From contig OZ024744.1 of the NCBI GenBank assembly GCA_964016885.1, positions 124,682,001-124,746,000 of the forward strand: a stretch of 64,000 bases of DNA. Reading direction: 5' to 3'. How positions within the stretch are numbered: position 1 is the first letter of the stretch; each line of letters opens with the position of its first letter. The notes beneath the pieces were generated by a model that was not told the origin of the DNA, did no database searches, and saw nothing but the letters and a program-made list of their open reading frames with translations. The DNA comes from Eledone cirrhosa (lineage: Eukaryota). A program made the translations under genes and the position numbers. Shown piece after piece: positions 1 through 11,070 of this stretch.

Positions 1-3000
1 CTCAGCCCCAACTTAACTTAGCCCCAACTTAAATTAACCCCAACTTAATTTAACCCCAACTCAACTTAACCCCAACTTAAGTTGACCCCAACTTAAATTA
101 AACCCAACTTAACTTAACCCCAACTTAACTTAACCACAACTTAATTTAAACCCAACTTAACTTAACCCCAACTTAACTTATCCCCAACTTAACTAATCCC
201 CAACTTAACCTAACCCCAACTTAACTTAACCCCAACTTAAATTAACCCCAACTTAATTTAACCCCAACTTAACCTAACCCAAACTTAACCTAACCCCAAC
301 TTAACTTAACCCCAACTTAATTTAACCCCAACTTAACTTAACCCCAGCTTAACTTAAAGCCAACTTAACTTAACCCCAACTTAACTTAACCCTAACTTAA
401 CTTAACACCGACTTAACTTAACCCCGACTTAACTTAACCCCAACTTAACTTAACCCCAACTCAACTTAACCCCAACTTAACTTAACCCCAACTTAATTTA
501 ACCCCAAATTAACCCAAACTTAACTTAACCCCAACTTAACTGAACCACAACTTAACTTAACCCAAAATTAACTTAACCCCAACTTAACTTAACCCCAACT
601 TAACTTAATCCCAACTTAACTGAGCCCCAACTTAACTTAGCCCCAACTTAAATTAACCCCAACTTAATTTAACCCCAACTCAACTTAACCCCAACTTAAG
701 TTGACCCCAACTTAAATTAAACCCAACTTAACTTAACCCCAACTTAACTTAACCCCAACTTAACTTAGCCCCAACTTAACTTAGCCCCAACTTAACTTAG
801 CCCCAACTTAACTTAACCACAACTTAACTTAACCTCAACTTAACCCCAACTTAACTTAACCCCAACTTAACTTAACCCCAACTTAAATTAACCCCAACTT
901 AACATAACCTCAACTTAAATTAACCCCAACTTAACTCAACCTCAACTTAACTTAACCCCAACTTAACTTAACCCCAACTTAACTTAACCCCAACTTAAAA
1001 TAACCTCAACTTAAATTAACCCCAACTTAACTCAACCCCAACTTAACTTAACCCCGACTTAACTTAACCCCAACTTAACTTAACCCCAACTTAACTTAAC
1101 CGCAACTTAACTCAAACCCAACTTAAGTTAACTCCAACTTAACTTAACCCCAACTTCACTCAACCCCAACTTAACTTAACTCCAACTTAACTTAACTCCA
1201 ACTTAACTTAACCACAAAGTTAAATTAACCCCAATTTAAATTAACCCCAACTTAACTTAACCCCAACTTAACATAACCACCACTTAAATTAACCCCAACT
1301 TAACACCAACTTAACTTAACCCCAACTTAAATTAACCCCAACTCTACTTAACCCCAACTTAACTTAACCCCAACTTAACATAACCCCAACTTAAATTAAC
1401 CCTAACTTAACTTAACCCCAACTTAACTTAACCCCAACTTCAGTCAACCCCAACTTAACGTACACCCAACTTAACTCAGCCCCAACTTAACTTAGCCCCA
1501 ACTTGAAGTAACCCCAACTTAACTCAACCCCAACTTAACTTAACCCCAACTTAACTTCACCCCAACTTAACTCAACCCCAATTTAACTCAACCCCAACTT
1601 AACTCAACCCCAACTTAACTTAACCCCAACTTAACTTAACCCTAACTTAACTTAACACCGACTTAACATAACCCCGACTTAACTTAACCCCAACTTAACT
1701 TAAACCCAACTTAGCTTATCCCCAACTTAACTTATCCCCAACTTAACCTAACCCCAACTTAACTTAACCCCAACTTAATTTAACCCCAACTTAATTTAAC
1801 CCCAACTTAACTTAAACCCAACTTAACTTAACCCCAACTTAAATTAACCCCAACTGAACTTAACCCCAACTTAAATTAACCCCAACTTAACTTAACCCCA
1901 ACTTAACTTAACCCCAACTTAAATTAACCCCAACTTAACATAACCTCAACTTAAATTAACCCCAACTTAACTCAACCCCAACTTAACTTAACCCCGACTT
2001 AACTTAACCCCAACTTAACTTAACCCCAACTTAACTTAACCGCAACTTAACTTAAACCCAACTTAAGTTAACCCCAACTTAACTTAACCCCAACTTCCCT
2101 CAACCCCAATTTAAATTAACCCCAACTTAAGTTAACCCCAACTTAACATAACCACCACTTAACTTAACCCCAACTTAACACCAACTTAACTTAACCCCAA
2201 CTTAACTTAACCCCAACTCTACTTAACCCCAACTTAACTTAACCCCAACTTCACTCAACCCCAACTTAACTTACACCCAACTTAACTTAACCCCAACTTA
2301 ATTTAACCCCAACTTAACTTAACCCCAACTTAACATAACCACCACTTAACTTAACCCCAACTTAACTTAACCCCAACTTAACTTACCCCCAACTTAACTT
2401 ACCCCCAACTTAATTTAACCCCAACTTAACCTAACCCAAACTTAACCTAACCCCAACTTAACTTAACCCCAACTTAATTTAACCCCAACTTAACCTAACC
2501 CAAACTTAACCTAACCCCAACTTAACTTAACCCCAACTTAATTTAACCCCAACTTAACTTAACCCCAGCTTAACTTAAAGCCAACTTAACTTAACCCCAA
2601 CTTAACTTAACCCTAACTTAACTTAACACCGACTTAACTTAACCCCGACTTAACTTAACCCCAACTTAACTTAACCCCAACTTAACTTAACCCCAACTTA
2701 ACTTAACCCCAACTTAACTTAACCCCAACTTAATTTAACCCCAAATTAACCCAAACTTAACTTAACCCCAACTTAACTGAACCACAAATTAACTTAACCC
2801 AAAATTAACTTAACCCCAACTTAACTTAACCCCAACTTAACTTAACCCCAACTTAACTTAGCCCCAACTTAACTTAGCCCCAACTTAACTTAGCCCCAAC
2901 TTAACTTAACCACAACTTAACTTAACCTCAACTTAAACCCAACTTAACTTAACCCCAACTTAAATTAACCCCAACTTAAATTAACCCCAACTTAAGATAA

Positions 3001-6000
3001 CCTCAACTTAAATTAACCCCAACTTAACTCAACCCCAACTTAACTTAACCCCGACTTAACTTAACCCCAACTTAACTTAACCCCAACTTAACACCAACTT
3101 AACTTAACCCCAACTTAACTTAACCCCAACTCTACTTAACCCCAACTTAACTTAACCCCAACTTAACATAACCCCAACTTAAATTAACCCTAACTTAACT
3201 TAACCCCAACTTAACTTAACCCCAACTTCACTCAACCCCAACTTAACTTACACCCAACATAACTTAACCCCAACTTAATTTAACCCCAACTTAACTTAAC
3301 CCCAACTTAACATAACCACCACTTAACTTAACCCCAACTTAACTTAACCCCAACTTAACTTACCCCCAACTTAATTTACCCCCAACTTAACTTAACCCCA
3401 ACTTAAGTTAAGCCTAACTTAACTTAACCCCAACTTAACTTAACTCCGACTTTGGGGTTAAGTTAAGTTGGGGTTAAGTTAAGTTGGGGTTAAGTCAAGT
3501 TGGGGTTAAGTTAAGTTGGGGGTAAGTTAAGTTGCGTGTGAGTTAAGTTGGGGTTAAGTCAAGTTGGGGTTAAGTTAAGTCGGGGTTAAGTTAAGTCGGG
3601 GTTAAGTTAAGTCGGGGTTAAGTTAAGTTAGGGTTAAGTTAAGTTGGGGTTAAGTTAAGTTGGGGTTGAGTTAAGTTGGGGTTGAGTGAAGTTGTGGTTA
3701 CGTTAAGTTGGGGTTGAGTGAAGTCGGGGTTAAGTTAAGTTGGGGTTAAGTTAAGTTGGGGTTAACCCCAACTTAACCTAACCCCAACTTAACTTAACCC
3801 CAACTTAACTTAACCCCAACTTAATTTAACCCCAGCTTAACTTAACCCCAACTTAATTTAACCCCAACTTAACTTAACCCCAACTTAACTTAAACCCAAC
3901 TTAACTTAACCCCAACTTAGCTTATCCCCAACTTAACTTATCCCCAACTTAACCTATCCCCAACTTAACTTAAACCAACTTAACTTAACCCCAACTTAAC
4001 TTAACCCCAACTTAACTGAACCCCAACTTAACTTAACCCCAACTTAAATTAACCCTAACTTAACTTAACCCCAACTTAACTTAACCCCAACTTAACTTAA
4101 CCCCAACTTAATTTAACCCCAGCTTAACTTAACCCCAACTTAATTTAACCCCAACTGAACTTAATCCCAACTTAAATTAACCCCAACTTAACTTAACCCC
4201 AACTTAACTTAACCCCAACATAAATTAACCCCAACTTAACATAACCTCAACTTAAATTAACCCCAACTTAACTCAACCCCAACTTAAATTAACCCCGACT
4301 TAACTTAACCCCAACTTAAGTTAACCCCAACTTAACTTAACCCCAACTTAATTTAACCCCAACTTCACTCAACCCCAACTTAATTTAACCCCAACTTAAC
4401 TTAACCCAAACTTAACTTAACCACAAAGTTAACTTAACCCCAATTTAAATTAACCCCAACTTAAGTTAACCCCAACTTAACATAACCACCACTTAACTTA
4501 ACCCCAACTTAACCCCAACTTAACTTAACCCCAACTTAACACCAACTTAACTTAACCCCAACTTAACTTAACCCCAACTCTACTTAACCCCAACTTAACT
4601 TAACCCCAACTTCACTCAACCCCAACTTAACTTACACCCGACTTAACTTAACCCCAACTTAATTTAACCCCAACTTAACTTAACCTCAACTTAACATAAC
4701 CACCACTTATCTTAACCCCAACTTAACTTAACCCCAACTAAACTTACCCCCAACTTAACTTACCCCCAACTTAACTTAACCCCAACTTAAGTTAAGCCTA
4801 ACTTAACTTAACCCCAACTTAACTTAACTCCGACTTTGGGGTTAAGTTAAGTTGGGGGTAAGTTAAGTTGGGTGTGAGTTAAGTTGGGGTTCAGTCAAGT
4901 TGGGATTAAGTTAAGTTGGGGTTAAGTTAAGTTGGGGTTAAGTTAAGTTGGGGTTAAGTTAAGTCGGGGTTAAGTTTAAGTCGGGGTTAAGTTAAGTTAG
5001 GGTTAAGTTAAGTTGGGGTTAAGTTAAGTTGGGGTTGAGTTAAGTTGGGGTTGAGTGAAGTTGGGGTTAAGTTAAGTTGGGGTTGAGTGAAGTTGGGGTT
5101 AAGTTAATTGGGGTTAAGTTAAGTTGGGGTTAACCCCAACTTAACCTAACCCCAACTTAACTTAACCCCAACTTAATTTAACCCCAGCTTAACTTAACCC
5201 CAACTTAACCTAACCCCAACTTAACTTAACCACAACTTAACTTAACCCCAACTTAACTTAACCCCAACTTAACTGAACCCCAACTTAACTTAACCCCAAC
5301 TTAAATTAACCCCAACTTAACTTAAACTCAACTTAACTAACCCCAACTTAACTTAACCCCAACTTAACTTAACACCAATTTAACTTAACCCCAACTTAAC
5401 TTAACCCCAACTCGACTTAACCCCAACTTAACTTAACACCAACTTAACATAACCCCAACTTAAATTAACCCTAACTTAACTTAACTCCAACTTAACTTAA
5501 CCCCAACTTCACTCAACCCCAACTTAACTTACACCCAACTTAAGTTAACCCCACTTAATTTAACCCCAACTTAACTTAACCCCAACTTAACATAACCACC
5601 ACTTAACTTAACCCCAACTTAACTCAACCCCAACTTAACTTAACCCTAACTTAACTTAACCCCAACTTAACCCCAACTTAACTTAACCCCAACTTAACTT
5701 ACCCCCAACTTAACTTACCCCCAACTTAACTTAACCCCAACTTAAGTTAAGCCTAACTTAACTGAACCCCAACTTAACTGAACTCCGACTTTGGGGTTAA
5801 GTTAAGTTGGGGTTAAGTTAAGTTGGGTTTACGTCAAGTTGTGGTTAAGTTAAGTTGGGGGTAAGTTAAGTTGGGTGTGAGTTAATTTGGGGTTAAGTCA
5901 AGTTGGGGTTAAGTTAAGTTGGGGTTAAGTTAAGTTGGGGTTTAAGTTAAGTTGGGGTTAAGTTAAGTCGGGGTTAAGTTAAGTCGGGGTTAAGTTAAGT

Positions 6001-9000
6001 CAGGGTTAAGTTAAGTTGGGGTTAATTTAAGTTGGGGTTGAGTTAATTGGGGTTGAGTGAAGTTGGGGTTAATTTAAGTTGGGGTTGAGTGAAGTTGGGC
6101 TTAAGTTAAGTTGGGGTTAAGTTAAGTTGGGGTTAACCCCACTTAAACTAACCCCAACTTAACTTAACCCCAACTTAACATAACCCCAACTTAAATTAAC
6201 CCCAACTTAACTTAAACTCAACTTAACTAACCCCAACTTAACTTAACCCCAACTCGACTTAACCCCAACTTAACTTAACCCCAACTTAACATAACCCCAA
6301 CTTAAATTAACCCTAACTTAACTTAACACCAACTTAACTTAACCCCAACTTAACTTAACCCCAACTTAATTTAACCCCAGCTTAACTTAACCCCAACTTA
6401 ATTTAACCCCAACTGAACTTAATCCCAACTTAAATTAACCCCAACTTAACTTAACCCCAACTTAACTTAACCCCAACTTAAATTAACCCCAACTTAACAT
6501 AACCTCAACTTAAATTAACCCCAACTTAACTCAACCCCAACTTAAATTAACCCCGACTTAACTTAACCCCAACTTAAGTTAACCCCAACTTAACTTAACC
6601 CCAACTTAACTTAACCCCAACTTCACTCAACCCCAACTTAATTTAACCCCAACTTAACTTAACCCCAACTTAACTTAACCACAAAGTTAACTTAACCCCA
6701 ATTTAAATTAACCCCAACTTAAGTTAACCCCAACTTAACATAACCACCACTTAACTTAACCCCAACTTAACCCCAACTTAACTTAACCCCAACTTAACAC
6801 CAACTTAACTTAACCCCAACTTAACTTAACCACAACTCTACTTAACCCCAACTTAACTTAACCCCAACTTCACTCAACCCCAACTTAACTTACACCCAAC
6901 TTAACTTAACCCCAACTTAATTTAACCCCAACTTAACTTAACCTCAACTTAACATAACCACCACTTATCTTAACCCCAACTTAACTTAACCCCAACTTAA
7001 CTTACCCCCAACTTAACTTAACCCCAACTTAAGTTAAGCCTAACTTAACTTAACCCCAACTTAACTTAACTCCGACTTTGGGGTTAAGTTAATATGGGGG
7101 TAAGTTAAGTTGGGTGTGAGTTAAGTTGGGGTTAAGTCAAGTTGGGATTAAGTTAAGTTGGGGTTAAGTTAAGTCGGGGTTAAGTTTAAGTCGGGGTTAA
7201 GTTAAGTTAGGGTTAAGTTAAGTTGGGGTTAAGTTAAGTTGGGGTTGAGTTAAGTTGGGGTTGAGTGAAGTTGGGGTTAAGTTAAGTTGGGGTTGAGTGA
7301 AGTTGGGGTTAAGTTAAGTTGGGGGTAAGTTAAGTTGGGGTTAACCCCAACTTAACCTAACCCCAACTTAACTTAACCCCAACTTAATTTAACCCCAGCT
7401 TAACTTAACCCCAACTTAACCTAACCCCAACTTAACTTAACCACAACTTAACTTAACCCCAACTTAACTTAACCCCAACTTAACTGAACCCCAACTTAAC
7501 TTAACCCCAACTTAAATTAACCCCAACTTAACTTAAACTCAACTTAACTAACCCCAACTTAACTTAACCCCAACTAGACTTAACCCCAACTTAACTTAAC
7601 ACCAACTTAACATAACCCCAACTTAAATTAACCCTAACTTAACTTAACTCCAACTTAACTTAACCCCAACTTCACTCAACCCCAACTTAACTTACACCCA
7701 ACTTAAGTTAACCCCACTTAATTTAACCCCAACTTAACTTAACCCCAACTTAACATAACCACCACTTAACTTAACCCCAACTTAACTCAACCCCAACTTA
7801 ACTTAACCCTAACTTAAGTTAACCCCAACTTAACCCCAACTTAACTTAACCCCAACTTAACTTACCTCCAACTTAAATTACCCCCAACTTAACTTAACCC
7901 CAACTTAAGTTAAGCCTAACTTAACTGAACCCCAACTTAACTGAACTCCGACTTTGGGGTTAAGTTAAGTTGGGGTTAAGTTAAGTTGGGTTTACGTCAA
8001 GTTGTGGTTAAGTTAAGTTGGGGGTAAGTTAAGTTGGGTGTGAGTTAAGTTGGGGTTAAGTCAAGTTGGGGTTAAGTTAAGTTGGGGTTAAGTTAAGTTG
8101 GGGTTTAAGTTAAGTTGGGGTTAAGTTAAGTCGGGGTTAAGTTAAGTCGGGGTTAAGTTAAGTCAGGGTTAAGTTAAGTTGGGGTTAATTTAAGTTGGGG
8201 TTGAGTTAAGTTGGGGTTGAGTGAAGTTGCGGTTAATTTAAGTTGGGGTTGAGTGAAGTTGGGGTTAAGTTAAGTTGGGGTTAAGTTAAGTTGGGGTTAA
8301 CCCCACTTAAACTAACCCCAACTTAACTTAACCCCAACTTAACATAACCCCAACTTAATTTAACCCCAGCTTAACTTAAGCCCAACTTAATTTAACCCCA
8401 ACTTAACTTAACCCCAACTTAACTTAAACCCAACTTAACTTAACCCCAACTTAACTTATCCCCAACTTAACTTATCCCCAACTTAACCTAACCCCAACTT
8501 AACTTAACCCCAACTTAACTTAACCCCAACTTAATTTAACCCCAACTTAACTTAACCTAAACTTAACTTAACCCCAACTTAAATTAACCCCAACTTAACT
8601 TAACCCCAACTTAAATTAACCCCAACTTAACTTAACCCCAACTTAACTTAACCCCAACTTAACTTAACCCCAACTTAAAATAACCTCAACTTAAATTAAC
8701 CCCAACTTAACTCAACCCCAACTTAACTTAACCCCGACTTAACTTAACCCCAACTTAACTTAACCCCAACTTAACTTAACCGCAACTTAACTCAAACCCA
8801 ACTTAAGTTAACCCCAACTTAACTTAACCCCAACTTCACTCAACCCCAACTTAACTTAACTCTAACTTAACTTAACTCCAACTTAACTTAACCACAAAGT
8901 TAACTTAACCCCAATTTAAATTAACCCCAACTTAACTTAACCCCAACTTAACATAACCACCACTTAAATTAACCCCAACTTAACACCAACTTAACTTAAC

Positions 9001-9518
9001 CCCAACTTAAATTAACCCCAACTCTACTTAACCCCAACTTAACTTAACCCCAACTTAACATAACCCCAACTTAAATTAACCCTAACTTAACTTAACCCCA
9101 ACTTAACTTAACCCCAACTTCAGTCAACCCCAACTTAACGTACACCCAACTTAACTCAGCCTCAACTTAACTTAGCCCCAACTTGAAGTAACCCCAACTT
9201 AACTCAACCCCAACTTAACTTAACCCCAACTTAACTTAACCCCAACTTAACTCAACCCCAATTTAACTCAACCCCAACTTAACTCAACCCCAACTTAACT
9301 TAACCCCAACTTAACTTAACCCTAACTTAACTTAACACCGACTTAACATAACCCCGACTTAAATTAACCCCAACTTAACTTTAACCCAACTTAACTTAAC
9401 CCCAATTTAGCTTATCCCCAACTTAACTTATCCCCAACTTAACCTAACCCCAACCTAACTTAACCCCAACTTAATTTAACCCCAACTTAATTTAACCCCA
9501 ACTTAACTTAAACCCAAC
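1..9518. repeat. 16-bp satellite array (CCCCAACTTAACTTAA)n with five inverted blocks and higher-order structure
   Basis: Continuous 16-bp period with point variants. G-strand blocks at ~3451-3763, 4835-5131, 5790-6134, 7077-7342 and 7953-8298. Confidence 0.97.
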
Positions 9519-9718
9519 NNNNNNNNNNNNNNNNNNNNNNNNNNNNNNNNNNNNNNNNNNNNNNNNNNNNNNNNNNNNNNNNNNNNNNNNNNNNNNNNNN
9601 NNNNNNNNNNNNNNNNNNNNNNNNNNNNNNNNNNNNNNNNNNNNNNNNNNNNNNNNNNNNNNNNNNNNNNNNNNNNNNNNNNNNNNNNNNNNNNNNNNNN
9701 NNNNNNNNNNNNNNNNNN
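9519..9718. other. Assembly gap (200 N)
   Basis: Run of exactly 200 N; round size suggests a scaffolding placeholder. Confidence 0.99.
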
Positions 9719-10149
9719 TTCCTTTATTCGTCCACGCCTTCCCGCTTCGATCGCGAGAAAGTAATCAATCTGTTTTGTGTGTGTGTCTGTGTGTGATACA
9801 AATTTGTTTTCTTAATTTGATAACCATGAATTGTTTCAACACCGGCCCTTTTAAGGGCCACTTATATTTTCAATAATCAGTTTAAATGGGTTGCACCGTA
9901 GCCACTTGGTAATACACTGCAAATCTCCCGTCAATCTATGAAGGTTTTGTAGTAGATTAGATCAAAACACAATCAGCAAGACAGTAATGGAATGAATAAT
10001 ATAAACATTTGTTTATAATTAAAGCCTTAAGATGTCCCTCCCTCCCTCCCTTCCTCCCTTCCTTCCTTCCTTCCTTCCTTCCTTACGATATACACTTTAA
10101 TAACATTGAAACTTATTTAATAAGTTTAAATTTTAAACACTTTTTATTC

Positions 10150-10285
10150 AGACGTACCGCGATAAGTAACTAGATATGTTCTAACGAATAATCCGCGATG
10201 TGGCGAGGATTACCGCGATAGGAAATTAGATACGTTCCAAAGAAATATCCGCGAAAAGTGAACCGCGATATAGCGGGTTCACCAG
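10150..10285. mobile_element. Possible Tigger/pogo-like MITE end with repeated CCGCGA(T) motifs
   Basis: Five CCGCGA motifs ending in GAACCGCGATATAGCGGGTTC. Family call is from remembered similarity only. Confidence 0.3.
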
Positions 10286-10346
10286 CCAGTGTATTACTGG
10301 TACTTTATTTTATCGACCCCCATAAGGATGAAAGGCAAAGTTAACT
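10286..10346 (-). mobile_element. SINE central-domain fragment
   Basis: TACTGGTACTTTATTTTATCGACCCC..AAGGATGAAAGGCAAAGTTAAC is the reverse complement of the SINE core at 26005-26065. Confidence 0.75.
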
Positions 10347-10447
10347 GTGCAATAACAAAGGGAGATAACCTCGTCTTTTTTTTTTTACGGAGTTATTTCC
10401 CTTTAAATTTTATCTATTACTTATGATGATACAATTTAATCAGTTCT

Positions 10448-10571
10448 TAGCTGTCGAGACACTGCATCCTTTAAAACCTCCATGGAACAAGCTACCTGCA
10501 ACAGTTGTTAGCTGTCGAGACACTGCATCTTTTAAAACCTCCATGGAACAAACTACCTGCATCAGTTGTTA
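10448..10571 (+). repeat. Tandem dimer (~61 bp) derived from the 3' end of a CR1 ORF2
   Basis: Encodes WNKLPATVVSCRDTASFKT, nearly the C-terminus (WNKLPASIVSCRDTASFKT) of the ORF at 28320-31085. Confidence 0.85.
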
Positions 10572-10632
10572 GGGTCTGAGTTCAAATCACGCCGAGGAGG
10601 TTAACTTTGCCTTTCATCCTTACGGGGTCGGT
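10572..10632 (+). mobile_element. SINE fragment (B-box-like segment plus central domain)
   Basis: GGTCTGAGTTCAAATCACGCCGAGG..TTAACTTTGCCTTTCATCCTTACGGGGTCG, same as 25982-26037. Confidence 0.75.
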
Positions 10633-10840
10633 CGGAAAACGAACCATTCCCGGTTCGCTTTCGAAGCGGGTTTCCGAAAACAGCGCTTCTCTCGACCGGG
10701 CCCGTCGTCCGCTCGGCGGTGGTTTTCATCGTCCCAGGCACGGCTAACAGGCGGAGACGGGACAAACGCGCGTGTTCCTTTTTTTATCAGCCGCAGCGCC
10801 GTTCGTATATATGCTTAGGTTGTTTTTTTTTTAAATATCC

Positions 10841-11070
10841 TAAGTTAAGTTGGGGCTAAGTTAAGTTGGGGCTAAGTTAAGTTGAGGTTAAGTTGAGTTG
10901 GGGTTAAGTTAAGTGGGGGTTAAGTTAAGCTGGGGTTAAGTTAAGTTGAGGTTAAGTTAAGTTGGGGTTAAGTCAAGTTGGGGTTAAGTTAAGTTGGGGT
11001 TAAGTTAGGTTGGGGTTAAGTTAGGTTGGGGTTAAGTTAAGTTGGGGTTAAGTTAGGTTGCGGTTAAGTT
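10841..11070 (-). repeat. Short block (~14 units) of the same 16-bp satellite, G-strand orientation
   Basis: (GGGGTTAAGTTAAGTT)n; paralog at 49485-49714. Confidence 0.95.

Noticed and set aside
1-9518. True telomere
   Set aside because: Unit is 16 bp, degenerate and internally inverted, not the (TTAGGG)n expected for molluscs; chromosome position is unknown.
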